This document shows, piece by piece, positions 50,101 to 58,897 of a stretch of 64,000 bases of DNA. The notes below the pieces were generated by a model, which was given only the letters and a program-made list of their open reading frames with translations, was not told where the DNA came from and did no database searches. The position numbers and the translations under genes are program-made. This stretch comes from a virus, in the IMG/VR virus record IMGVR_UViG_3300012924_000001, positions 14,335-78,334 of that record; one strand, 5' to 3'. Positions within the stretch are counted from its first letter, which is position 1; each line of letters starts with the position of its first letter.

Positions 50101-52197
50101 ATGAGACCTTTTTTCTTTTCCCTCTTATTGCTTACTCTGCCGCTTATTACAAGAGCGCAACAGATCCTCAGCGGGAGCGATTATATATATAAGTATCAAA
50201 TGTCAGTGGGCAAGACAAATGCCAGTCCTATCAATATTACGCCTAGCCTAACATCCCCCGCTGCTTGGATCGAGATCGGGCGAGACAGCACAAATAAAGC
50301 GATGTTGTTACCCCGTGCTGTAGATACTGCTCTCGTCCTTAACCCCGTTAAAGGTCTTTTCCTTTATCAAATAAAAGATAGTACCCTTTACTACCGCAAC
50401 AGGCATAGGTGGGTAAGGGTCGGAGATGATGCCGTGTTAGCGGGTTATCTAAAAATAGCGGATAGTACAATTTATTATCCATACGCTTCTAATCCTTTGG
50501 GGTATATATCAACAGAAGCAGATCCTGTAGCAAATGGCAAAATTGTAACGTTAACACAAGGTACAGGCATCTTTATCGGAGGATCAGCTCAGTTTGTTGG
50601 AAACAATCCAACTTTTTCTATAGCGGCCAATAACACCACGGCTTTGTGGAATGCAAATGCGTTGCAAGGTATTCAAGTAGCGGCAGCTACTCCCACAACC
50701 GGGCAGCTGCTTCAGTTCAACGGTGTTAGCTGGCTTCCCCAGACAGTCACAACTTTGGGAACAGTAACGAGTGTGGGACTCGCTCTCCCTGGCGATGTGT
50801 TTAATATTGCTGGGTCTCCTGTTACCACATCCGGCACATTGAATGCCACTTTTAAACCACAGTTCGCTAATTTGTTCCTGGCCTCTCCCAATGGCATTAG
50901 CGGCCTTCCTTCGTTTAGGTCATTCGTCAATAATGATCTGCCGCTCTCAGGAGTTTCGCCCGGAACATTTGGTAGTGATACATCTGGATTAATTGTTACC
51001 GTTAATAGCCGGGGCATCATGACAAATATTAGCAATGCGCCTATTAACTTCTCAAGGTATATCATTAATCAAAGGGACAGCATACAGACCGCTGACATGC
51101 AGATATCAGGAAGGGCTGTTATAGGTGATAGTCTTGCCGTTGGTTCTACTACTCCCGCAACCGCCAACCTTCAGGTCACTGGCTCCATGAAGTTTGACCT
51201 TCCCAGTAGCGCTACCGGAGACCTGTATTACAGAAATTCTGCCGGTGAAGTCACTCGCCTACCGATTGGTACGTCCAATCAGGTATTAGTACCTTTTGGT
51301 GGTGTTCCTATATGGGGCGGTCTCCCAGGCAACTCCAACAGCTACATACGTAACAGCACAGGCTTGCAAACTTCAGCAGCCGCTTATATAGACGGTGTAT
51401 TCCGTTCACAGGGTGGTATGTGGTGTACAAAGGACGGCAACGGTGCATTTAGTCAATCCCTTTTCCTAAGCAACTTAGCAAACAACAGGGGGTGGAACTT
51501 TCAACTGAATGGAGATGCTGATCCGGGGTTAGATATATACGGAACTGATAACACTGGTTTATATACAAGGAGGTTCAGCATTCTGGCAAATGGGAATGTG
51601 GGGATAGGGAATGCCGCTCCAGCTGAAAAATTAGCTGTAACTGGGAATGCCATTATAAATGGGGATATCATTTTACCGGCCAATGGTACCCCGTGTGTGG
51701 GGTGCGTATTAACAGGGACGGACGCGGCCGGTCATGCGACTTGGCAATTTGCGACTGGCATGGTGATTCCCCTGGAAGATTTTATAACAGACGCCAATAA
51801 TAGTAGTGCTGGTACATATAGCCAGATGTACGCTTATACTATTCCGTCCAACACCTTAACCGCTACGGGAGATAAGATAAAGGCTACCTACGGGGGCCAA
51901 TTTGCCTCTAACGGCAATACAAAGGGGCTACAGGTGTTTATAAATGGTACAGGTAGTGGCGCGAGTGATGAGGCGGCTCATACAGGTGGATGGTCAACAA
52001 CAGTTACATTCATACGTACAGGAACTACAACGGGTAGGTTTGTAACAAATTTTGGCACATTGGGATCAAGAGAAGTAGCCTTAACAGGATTAGACTTTAC
52101 TGCTTCAATGACTTTTGAGTTGTGGGGGAAAGGAGGAGTTGCTACAGATGTAACAGCCATGCAGGGAGACATAATAAAATATAACGCTGCTCCATAG
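50101..52197 (+). CDS. Secreted tail-fibre-like protein (moron)
   Basis: Signal peptide ...ITRA-Q; GTVTSVGL, RLPIGT, GNVGIG fibre motifs. Confidence 0.75.
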   Translation: MRPFFFSLLLLTLPLITRAQQILSGSDYIYKYQMSVGKTNASPINITPSLTSPAAWIEIGRDSTNKAMLLPRAVDTALVLNPVKGLFLYQIKDSTLYYRNRHRWVRVGDDAVLAGYLKIADSTIYYPYASNPLGYISTEADPVANGKIVTLTQGTGIFIGGSAQFVGNNPTFSIAANNTTALWNANALQGIQVAAATPTTGQLLQFNGVSWLPQTVTTLGTVTSVGLALPGDVFNIAGSPVTTSGTLNATFKPQFANLFLASPNGISGLPSFRSFVNNDLPLSGVSPGTFGSDTSGLIVTVNSRGIMTNISNAPINFSRYIINQRDSIQTADMQISGRAVIGDSLAVGSTTPATANLQVTGSMKFDLPSSATGDLYYRNSAGEVTRLPIGTSNQVLVPFGGVPIWGGLPGNSNSYIRNSTGLQTSAAAYIDGVFRSQGGMWCTKDGNGAFSQSLFLSNLANNRGWNFQLNGDADPGLDIYGTDNTGLYTRRFSILANGNVGIGNAAPAEKLAVTGNAIINGDIILPANGTPCVGCVLTGTDAAGHATWQFATGMVIPLEDFITDANNSSAGTYSQMYAYTIPSNTLTATGDKIKATYGGQFASNGNTKGLQVFINGTGSGASDEAAHTGGWSTTVTFIRTGTTTGRFVTNFGTLGSREVALTGLDFTASMTFELWGKGGVATDVTAMQGDIIKYNAAP

Positions 52198-52215
52198 TGG
52201 AGCAGCGCTTTATTT
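52185..52215. terminator. Hairpin terminator between convergent units
   Basis: CGCTGCTCCA-TAG-TGGAGCAGCG. Confidence 0.65.
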
Positions 52216-52347
52216 CTTGTAGACTAGGTAGATACTATACCCAATTATACCAAAGCCCATCCCTCCCAGGATATAAATGGAGAAAAGGTCGTAGAAGCAA
52301 CAGGCATAAATATAGAAAATCAGCACCATTATTTTGTAGTACTTCAT
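52210..52347 (-). CDS. Small membrane protein (45 aa, not in ORF track)
   Basis: Manual translation MKYYKIMVLIFYIY... Confidence 0.45.
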   Translation of the reverse strand: MKYYKIMVLIFYIYACCFYDLFSIYILGGMGFGIIGYSIYLVYKK

Positions 52348-52353
52348 TAGCTA

Positions 52354-52695
52354 TTAATTTTGAGGTAAAAAGATAGGGCATATTTCTGCATCCATCCATA
52401 TTTTCGCATTGCTGTTCACCAAATTTGTTCTGTCCTTAAATTTAAATCCAATAACAGCCCCTTTGTTGATCTCCTTTTCTAATTCACTTCTGCTGTAGTA
52501 GCACAGTAGGCAAATGTGTGAAAAAGAATTTTCGCCCTTTTGTTTAACTTGTACTACTATTGAACAGGCCCCATTCTCTAATGCCATATCATTGTGCCTT
52601 GGGTTGTAGGCTTCAAAGGCTTCAAGATTATCAGCCTCTACACGCATCAAGGCCGCGTTTACCAATTCTATTAACTTCTTATACGTTAATCTCAT
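52354..52695 (-). CDS. Hypothetical protein, small-gene array
   Basis: Tightly packed co-oriented ORF. Confidence 0.6.
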   Translation of the reverse strand: MRLTYKKLIELVNAALMRVEADNLEAFEAYNPRHNDMALENGACSIVVQVKQKGENSFSHICLLCYYSRSELEKEINKGAVIGFKFKDRTNLVNSNAKIWMDAEICPIFLPQN

Positions 52696-52706
52696 AGTAG
52701 TGATTT

Positions 52707-53105
52707 TTAAAGTACATTAATTATTTCATATCCCAGCGCTTTGAGTCTGTTGAGTCCAGGTATATACGTGTCCTTTTCTTTTCCTGCAATAGAGAGATAG
52801 TCCGGAGATACTGTTACCTCTTCCTTGTAAAGCTGGATTCCTGCAAAACATAGCCCATTTAAGGCATTTCCAAATGGCCATGGTTCGGTTTCCCCAAGGT
52901 ACTGGTGAATAAGTTTCTCCCCTTCATAGACATCTATCCGGATATAGTTTTCCCTTGCATAGGAAACGTGTATTCTCCCGATAGCGTTTAGATCAGGCGC
53001 AGGGGACAATATCATATAGATTCCGATTTGTTTAACCCACCAGGACATGCTGATAGGTTTGTATTTCTTCGGTGGCTCTGTGCCGTCCTTTTTTCTTCTT
53101 CCCAT
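52707..53105 (-). CDS. Hypothetical protein, small-gene array
   Basis: Tightly packed co-oriented ORF. Confidence 0.6.
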   Translation of the reverse strand: MGRRKKDGTEPPKKYKPISMSWWVKQIGIYMILSPAPDLNAIGRIHVSYARENYIRIDVYEGEKLIHQYLGETEPWPFGNALNGLCFAGIQLYKEEVTVSPDYLSIAGKEKDTYIPGLNRLKALGYEIINVL

Positions 53106-53117
53106 TTGTTTATGGCT

Positions 53118-53381
53118 TTAAAAATACTTGATAAAATGCTCTATTTGTGAATGCACCAAGATAAGGTGTTCCGGTGTTTTATAGTAATTATGAGGGTTGT
53201 AAAAGTTCAATGCTAATTCCTCATAAAGATCAGGGAGATGAGTTTTTACATGCCTATCTATTATCTTTTTGTTAGCGCGTGTAGCCCCTTTCATTAGCTC
53301 TTCCCATTTGTTTATTGAAATAGCGGTGCAATTAGTCTCATATTCTAACCCGTAAATAAAATTTGGTGTTTTCATGATCAT
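53118..53381 (-). CDS. Hypothetical protein, small-gene array
   Basis: Tightly packed co-oriented ORF. Confidence 0.6.
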   Translation of the reverse strand: MIMKTPNFIYGLEYETNCTAISINKWEELMKGATRANKKIIDRHVKTHLPDLYEELALNFYNPHNYYKTPEHLILVHSQIEHFIKYF

Positions 53382-53396
53382 TGCTTTTTAGTTAGC

Positions 53397-53442
53397 TCCC
53401 GCTGGCGGTAATGAACCGCACAACGTCTGCCGTTCAGCGGGA
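53397..53442 (-). ncRNA. tRNA-like element lacking the anticodon arm
   Basis: UCCCGCUG/CAGCGGGA stem, D-like AACG-GCAGA-CGUU, T-like GCGG-UUCAUUA-CCGC. Confidence 0.55.
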
Positions 53443-53447
53443 AGGGA

Positions 53448-53570
53448 TTATATAATGTATGGAAGATAGGCCCCTATCTCAGGACATAGCATTAGGATAG
53501 CTATTATCCCAAAGAAAAAAAGGGCACATATAATCCAAAACAGGATATCTTTTATTTTGAGGCGCTTCAT
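53448..53570 (-). CDS. Small single-TM protein
   Basis: MKRLKIKDILFWIICALFFFGIIAIL. Confidence 0.55.
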   Translation of the reverse strand: MKRLKIKDILFWIICALFFFGIIAILMLCPEIGAYLPYII

Positions 53571-53598
53571 GGGTATCTGTTTAATAGATGAACAAGTA

Positions 53599-53862
53599 TT
53601 ATATCTGATCCATTTCAATGTTACTTCCAAAGAGGTGTGGATTTTCAAACTGTAACAGTATATTTAGTCTCAAAAGGATTAATATACTTTCCCGGTTAAG
53701 GTCTTCAAATTCCTGGTCAGCCTTGTAAAGGTTGTATGCTTCTTTCTTTATTCCTTCTTGTTCTTTATCGTACTTCTCTTGATCAATCTGTGACATCCCC
53801 CTGTTCAGTAAATAACGCCTTTTTAGACTTTTAACTTTCCGGTTTAATTCAGCTTTTGTCAT
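53599..53862 (-). CDS. Hypothetical protein, paralog of 57229..57504
   Basis: Shared IK.EA..LY..D...R.NI.L.FE.PH.FGS motif. Confidence 0.65.
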   Translation of the reverse strand: MTKAELNRKVKSLKRRYLLNRGMSQIDQEKYDKEQEGIKKEAYNLYKADQEFEDLNRESILILLRLNILLQFENPHLFGSNIEMDQI

Positions 53863-53919
53863 AAATTAATTGTTTTATGGTTTGAAAATATGATAGTCTT
53901 ACGGGACTATCCGTTATGT

Positions 53920-54186
53920 TTATCTTCCTTTAAAACTGTCAATGAGTGGTCTATAATTCTCATAAGCAGCATTCAAAGTACGTTCAACAAAATCCTTTCT
54001 GAAGTGGTAGGGAGCCTCTTTAGGCTTAACTCCTCTTTCGTAATAGTCTTTTAGCTGGTCCTGGCTCCATTCCTCCCACGCTTGTTTAATTGCGGTGTCT
54101 ATTGTATTGTACAGTGAGGAATCAAACATCTCCGCTTTGTGGTTGGCGATCTCGATGGCAATACGGTTATATAGTGGCTGTGGCAT
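53920..54186 (-). CDS. Hypothetical protein, small-gene array
   Basis: Co-oriented ORF. Confidence 0.6.
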   Translation of the reverse strand: MPQPLYNRIAIEIANHKAEMFDSSLYNTIDTAIKQAWEEWSQDQLKDYYERGVKPKEAPYHFRKDFVERTLNAAYENYRPLIDSFKGR

Positions 54187-54197
54187 AATGAAAAGAT

Positions 54198-54455
54198 TTA
54201 ATGGTGAATAAGAGGGATATTACTAGCGTGTTGTTGTGCCAACATTGTAAGATGGCAGTTAATTTCCCATTGCAATGAGTCATTGAGGCCGGAAATAAAA
54301 ATTAAAAGATTATCGGCTGTTCTTCTTTTGCCGATTAGAAAGGCCTGATCTGAGGCCGGGATGTCTCTAAAGATCGTGTTAATTAGTTGGGCTGCACCCA
54401 ATGTGTTTAACTGTTCGTAGGCGTGTAGCAGCGGTTGAATTGTTGTTTGTTCCAT
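54198..54455 (-). CDS. Hypothetical protein, small-gene array
   Basis: Co-oriented ORF. Confidence 0.6.
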   Translation of the reverse strand: MEQTTIQPLLHAYEQLNTLGAAQLINTIFRDIPASDQAFLIGKRRTADNLLIFISGLNDSLQWEINCHLTMLAQQHASNIPLIHH

Positions 54456-54480
54456 AGATGTTAAAGTGTGTGGTGAATAA

Positions 54481-54891
54481 TCAATATTGAAATTCTGAAT
54501 AATGCCAGTTCTTTGGCTGTTGTCTATTCCAGCATTCTAACAATAGTTTACCATTCTCAGCGGTAAGGCCATATATAAAACTACAGCCTTCCTTATTACT
54601 GGGGAGGTGTTTCCATTTGTACCAGTATTCTGAAGCGCCTTTATAATACTCATGGGTATACGATATACCCTTCGATCCAGTATGTTCACTTAGCCACATT
54701 ACATCGTTGTAACTTTTTGGATCAACATTTAATTTAAAGGTCAGAATGTTGCCGTACTCTGGAATGTTGTATTTGTCCCTCCAAAGGGAATACATTGTTA
54801 AGGCCTCATTAGGTGTAATCACTTCTGGACTGATAGTTGAAAATTCAATAGTCCCCAAAAATTCTTCTATGTTATAAACTGCATATGTCAT
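54481..54891 (-). CDS. Hypothetical protein, small-gene array
   Basis: Co-oriented ORF. Confidence 0.6.
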   Translation of the reverse strand: MTYAVYNIEEFLGTIEFSTISPEVITPNEALTMYSLWRDKYNIPEYGNILTFKLNVDPKSYNDVMWLSEHTGSKGISYTHEYYKGASEYWYKWKHLPSNKEGCSFIYGLTAENGKLLLECWNRQQPKNWHYSEFQY

Positions 54892-54932
54892 TTTATTCGG
54901 TTTTAGTGAACACCCGGCATGTACCGGGCCGC

Positions 54933-54960
54933 ACGGTTTTTACGCCCTAATCACTCTGTA
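54933..54960. repeat. 28-bp direct repeat, copy 1
   Basis: ACGGTTTTTACGCCCTAATCACTCTGTA; one mismatch to 55452-55479. Confidence 0.9.
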
Positions 54961-55406
54961 AAATCAGTTTCTTTTGGCCATTCTGTAGGCGATATCCAAT
55001 TATCAGAACCACCGCTACCGTCCATATCTGCAAGTTCTACGGCTATATGCTGCTCAAGGGTTAAACCGTTAATACTCTTGCCCCCCTCAATAATAGAAGC
55101 GGCAAATTCTTGTGCAATTTTATATGCAAAATCGTACATCTGTGAGCTACTGAAGTCCCTGTCGTCTTGCGGTTCTAACTCATCGTATGGGATTGGGGAA
55201 ACTCCCTTTTTCATAGTAAAGCCATTGAACCACTTTCCAACTAAGGAAGATGCTATAGATAATGCAATCCCTTTGTCAGTCAGTTTATTTATGATGGTTT
55301 TTTCTGAGTAATTTTGATGTTTAAGAAAAAAGTTGTTAATCCAATTTTGGATATTTTCCGAGAAATACAGTTCGCGGAGGTCTTCAAATTTGATTTCATT
55401 TTCCAT
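54951..55406 (-). CDS. Acidic hypothetical protein
   Basis: ORF lying between the two 28-bp repeats. Confidence 0.6.
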   Translation of the reverse strand: MENEIKFEDLRELYFSENIQNWINNFFLKHQNYSEKTIINKLTDKGIALSIASSLVGKWFNGFTMKKGVSPIPYDELEPQDDRDFSSSQMYDFAYKIAQEFAASIIEGGKSINGLTLEQHIAVELADMDGSGGSDNWISPTEWPKETDFTE

Positions 55407-55451
55407 GGTAGTATATTTTAGTTTTTTGAATGTTGAATGAATACTGGAGGA

Positions 55452-55479
55452 ACGGTTTTTACGCCCTAATCACCCTGTA
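55452..55479. repeat. 28-bp direct repeat, copy 2
   Basis: ACGGTTTTTACGCCCTAATCACCCTGTA. Confidence 0.9.
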
Positions 55480-55703
55480 GCACCTACTTTGATCCATTCA
55501 TTAAAGCCTAAATTAAAACGTATAGGATCGTTTTTTCGTAACAAAACGCCAAGTATATGGTTGGCATGAGCGCTATATATAACGGAGCGTGCTATTTTGC
55601 CGTTTTTAAAGTAGCAAAATTGTTCGTATGCCTCTTCAGCTGAGTAAATATCCGCGAAAAGGTCATTTAAGTAGTCGGTATATGCTTTTTTGGTCTTATT
55701 CAT
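55470..55703 (-). CDS. Hypothetical protein (LRKNDPIRFNLGFNEW motif)
   Basis: Recurrent phage early-gene motif. Confidence 0.6.
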   Translation of the reverse strand: MNKTKKAYTDYLNDLFADIYSAEEAYEQFCYFKNGKIARSVIYSAHANHILGVLLRKNDPIRFNLGFNEWIKVGATG

Positions 55704-55705
55704 TT

Positions 55706-56278
55706 TCAATCTTTTGAATGTTGAATAAAAATTGGTTCTACGGGTATGCTGTGAATAGCGCCGGTAAAATGGCCCTTATCAAAAGCGCTTCCTAATGAGG
55801 TAAAAGTAACCTCATCTGTATTGCGCACTACCTTTTTTAGTGTCTCTGTATTGGGCTTATGTTCGCCAGCATAAATAGCGATAGATTGGTAGGGAAGTAT
55901 TTGCATCATATTCGCTATTCTTTTTCGTGGTAGTAGATATTTAATAAATAAGCAATTATCATACTGGGCATAGTTTCGTACATATACATTTACTAGAGTG
56001 CAAATAAAAGAGGTGCAATATCCCCATTCTCCCGACCTAACGATAGTTGCTTTCTTGTCAAGTAAAGAGTTTAACTTGTTAACTGTGTCCTGTAAGAAAT
56101 CCGGGATGGGATATACTGACCACGCTAAGCGGTCTACTTCCATATGCATATCGCGCTCAAATATACGTCCGCTTGCAAAGACTATATCATAAAGTTCTGA
56201 AAGCGCACCCCTATTGCGCAGGGGACCATGTTTGATAAATAATTCAATTGCTTTTTCTTTGATCTGTTCGTTTGTCAT
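55706..56278 (-). CDS. Hypothetical protein, small-gene array
   Basis: ATGA overlap at 56275-56278 supports this start. Confidence 0.6.
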   Translation of the reverse strand: MTNEQIKEKAIELFIKHGPLRNRGALSELYDIVFASGRIFERDMHMEVDRLAWSVYPIPDFLQDTVNKLNSLLDKKATIVRSGEWGYCTSFICTLVNVYVRNYAQYDNCLFIKYLLPRKRIANMMQILPYQSIAIYAGEHKPNTETLKKVVRNTDEVTFTSLGSAFDKGHFTGAIHSIPVEPIFIQHSKD

Positions 56279-56553
56279 AATGATGATTTTATCTTTTTTA
56301 AATGCTTCTTGCAAAACCATCCCGAAAAGACGCTGCATTGATAATATGTTGTTTTGTATCCTACAGCCTGTTTTTTACAGTGCCATGCGCTACAGACGGG
56401 TAGGTCAAAGCTAACGTCCTTTATGCGCTCTGTTTTCACTCCAAAGCTGTCTGTATAGAACGGTACTCGCTTTTCCTGCGCCTGTGAAAATAGGGGTAGC
56501 AGAATGAGAATTATTATATGCTTCATTTGGTACGATGTTTTATGTGTTTCCAT
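56275..56553 (-). CDS. Small protein with signal-peptide-like segment
   Basis: MKHIIILILLPLFSQA-Q; four Cys. Confidence 0.5.
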   Translation of the reverse strand: METHKTSYQMKHIIILILLPLFSQAQEKRVPFYTDSFGVKTERIKDVSFDLPVCSAWHCKKQAVGYKTTYYQCSVFSGWFCKKHLKKIKSSL

Positions 56554-56563
56554 ACAAGTATAT

Positions 56564-56821
56564 TTAAAGAGTGATTTTTATTTCTTTTATACCGAGCGCT
56601 TTTGCATAAGAAGCGAGAAACGCAATACCTCCGTTTTGTTTGGTTCGGTTCAATTCACTTTCAAAATGTGTAATATTAGTACGGTTACATCTTACTCTTT
56701 TCGCTAAATCTTCTATTGAGATGTTAAGGACATCTCTAAATAGTTTCATTTGCTGACCTGTATGTTTGTCCGCATTTATTGTAACTGATTTTAGTTTGAC
56801 GTCTTTTCGCTGTCTTTTCAT
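56564..56821 (-). CDS. XRE-family HTH protein
   Basis: ISIEDLAKRVRCNRTNITHFE...YAKALG. Confidence 0.75.
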   Translation of the reverse strand: MKRQRKDVKLKSVTINADKHTGQQMKLFRDVLNISIEDLAKRVRCNRTNITHFESELNRTKQNGGIAFLASYAKALGIKEIKITL

Positions 56822-56822
56822 T

Positions 56823-57209
56823 TTATTGTAATTCAGCTTTACTTAACTCTTCACAAAATTCCTTAAACTCTTCTGTGTAATTCCCCTCTTCGTCGAATAC
56901 TTCATAATCAATAGAGTCATACTCGCAAAAAAGAGGGTAATTTTCTTTTGAATTATATGTTGTTTTGAAAAACAATGGTGTCTCATTCAGGGTGAAAGTG
57001 ATATTCATAACAGTCAAATGACCATCACTTACAAGCCCAATTACAAATGGTTCTCCGTCATGCTCGAATTGCATGTCATTCAAACCAAAGCCCTCATGAA
57101 TAAGTATTGTTAACCTGCCAATACATTTTAATAGCTTTGATACGTTGTAGGCGTCACGCGGCAACACGTGAAAAAAGCCTGTATCTATTGTTTGCCCTGT
57201 GTGGTACAT
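56823..57209 (-). CDS. Hypothetical protein, small-gene array
   Basis: Co-oriented ORF. Confidence 0.6.
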   Translation of the reverse strand: MYHTGQTIDTGFFHVLPRDAYNVSKLLKCIGRLTILIHEGFGLNDMQFEHDGEPFVIGLVSDGHLTVMNITFTLNETPLFFKTTYNSKENYPLFCEYDSIDYEVFDEEGNYTEEFKEFCEELSKAELQ

Positions 57210-57228
57210 ATATTTTTTGTTTGAAGGA

Positions 57229-57504
57229 TTATAATTGTTTTATATCTATACTGCTGCCAAAACGATGTGGCTCCTCAAAACGAAGATGGATATTTATACG
57301 CATCAATATTTTTAGACTACCTAAACTCATTATTTCAATTTTCAGATCAAGAAGATATAATCTTAATGCCTCTTCTTTAATATGCCCCATTTCTGTATGA
57401 TAAGCGTCTTCCTTTTTTTCTTGGGCCTTTAAATAATGATTCTTTAGCTTTTTGATTTGGTTATTATATTGACGGGATGTTAATGTTTTTTGTGTGTTTT
57501 CCAT
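57229..57504 (-). CDS. Hypothetical protein, paralog of 53599..53862
   Basis: Shared motif. Confidence 0.65.
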   Translation of the reverse strand: MENTQKTLTSRQYNNQIKKLKNHYLKAQEKKEDAYHTEMGHIKEEALRLYLLDLKIEIMSLGSLKILMRINIHLRFEEPHRFGSSIDIKQL

Positions 57505-57515
57505 GCTTATATAAT

Positions 57516-57719
57516 TTAAGCGGTTACTTCAGACTTGTATAATTCGTATGCGGCTTTCCGTAAAGCTGTTGGGGTAAGGTAAAACTTGCCATTGCCATGC
57601 AGTTCATTACGGCCAAGATATTCCGCTACTTTATTTTGCACAGTAGTACGCGGTTCTTTTATCGGCTCTTTGAGTTTCTTACACGCGGTTTGGAATTGAT
57701 TCCATGTTAGTTTGTCCAT
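57516..57719 (-). CDS. Hypothetical protein, small-gene array
   Basis: Co-oriented ORF. Confidence 0.6.
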   Translation of the reverse strand: MDKLTWNQFQTACKKLKEPIKEPRTTVQNKVAEYLGRNELHGNGKFYLTPTALRKAAYELYKSEVTA

Positions 57720-57739
57720 ATGCTATAATTAAATGGTGA

Positions 57740-58156
57740 TTAATAGGTTTTGAATGCGCGTTTCAGCGTTCTTTTAGCGGAGGTATGGTATTCACTATCC
57801 GAGTTAAAATAGTCGTTAATATACTCCTTTAAATGGTCACACTCGGCACTATTGGACCATTCTATTTGCAAGGGAGTGTAGTTTTTAAAATAATCCTTAT
57901 CCGTATCACCTTCCTGAACGGCGAAGCGGCCTAACAGCCCTGCCATAGCTACTAGGCTGTCAATCCCATAAAGTATAGACGGTTTGAAATCTTTTCCACT
58001 AAATAACTCTTTACCGTTCCACCAAAAAGAGTAACGTACATTATCGCCCCCTGTATAAAATGTATAACAGGCAATTTTTAGCTTGCGCATTATCAGGGTA
58101 GATAACAGATTTTCATCTGCTAACAATTGTTCGTGTGTGGGCTGTTTTGTTTCCAT
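57740..58156 (-). CDS. Hypothetical protein, small-gene array
   Basis: Co-oriented ORF; GDTDKDYF..YTP.Q.EW motif. Confidence 0.6.
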   Translation of the reverse strand: METKQPTHEQLLADENLLSTLIMRKLKIACYTFYTGGDNVRYSFWWNGKELFSGKDFKPSILYGIDSLVAMAGLLGRFAVQEGDTDKDYFKNYTPLQIEWSNSAECDHLKEYINDYFNSDSEYHTSAKRTLKRAFKTY

Positions 58157-58164
58157 ATTAAAAG

Positions 58165-58440
58165 TTATTTAATACATGCGGTTATTGTTTGTCCTGTAGC
58201 GCTTACCTGGATGGGTTTACCAATGTTGGCAAGAATAGTCTCATATTCCTGGGTAGCTATTTTGATAGCTTCCGCGTACTTTTCGGAGTTATCAAACACT
58301 TTCAGCTCTAAGGGTCTGAAATAAACATGCGCTATCGTATGATAGTCCCCAGCCGTTTCTTTGCGCTTATCTGCGTATACATAAGCATTCGGATAAGTGC
58401 CAATGAATAGCCAATCAGGGATTACAATTTTTGTGTTCAT
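58165..58440 (-). CDS. Hypothetical protein, small-gene array
   Basis: Co-oriented ORF. Confidence 0.6.
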   Translation of the reverse strand: MNTKIVIPDWLFIGTYPNAYVYADKRKETAGDYHTIAHVYFRPLELKVFDNSEKYAEAIKIATQEYETILANIGKPIQVSATGQTITACIK

Positions 58441-58499
58441 AGTATACAGTTTTAAGTATTAATCAATAAACTCAATGACTTTATTCTTTGTTTGTATTA

Positions 58500-58880
58500 T
58501 CAAAAAATAATTTCACCGTAAAATACAGTCTGTAGTAAAACATCAGCGGTTACGGCATCGTCTATGTCATTTATAAAATCGCTTAAATAATCAAACGGCA
58601 TTTTTGAGACGCCTATATGTACGTCTGATAGTTTAATTTGTTTTATACCCTCACTTCCTTCCTTATCCTCAAACGATAGCGTTCCCCCATCCTTTAAAAT
58701 TTGCATCCAAACATCTTCAATGCAGGGGTTTGTTAGTGAGGCCTTGGCTGTCTTATACTCCTGTTCATCGTAGGTCAATTCAATTCCGTGAGCGGCCATA
58801 TACCCACTGCTAACAGCATTACAGAGGGCCAAATGAAAGTACTTTTCTGATTCCTCATGCGTTAATAATATCTGTGCCAT
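58500..58880 (-). CDS. Hypothetical protein (DAVTADVLLQ...GEII motif) directly downstream of hammerhead 1
   Basis: Recurrent phage motif. Confidence 0.65.
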   Translation of the reverse strand: MAQILLTHEESEKYFHLALCNAVSSGYMAAHGIELTYDEQEYKTAKASLTNPCIEDVWMQILKDGGTLSFEDKEGSEGIKQIKLSDVHIGVSKMPFDYLSDFINDIDDAVTADVLLQTVFYGEIIF

Positions 58881-58897
58881 ATTCTTTATTTTTATTT

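Noticed and set aside
27075-52197. Diversity-generating retroelement or invertible fibre cassette
   Set aside because: No reverse transcriptase or invertase, and no near-identical nucleotide repeat pair noticed
53397-53442. Functional tRNA gene
   Set aside because: No anticodon arm or CCA and only 46 nt; kept as a tRNA-like element
54905-54960. Pistol or twister-sister ribozyme
   Set aside because: Only fragmentary resemblance (UUAGGGC; CCGG hairpin); the required pseudoknot partner and junction order are missing
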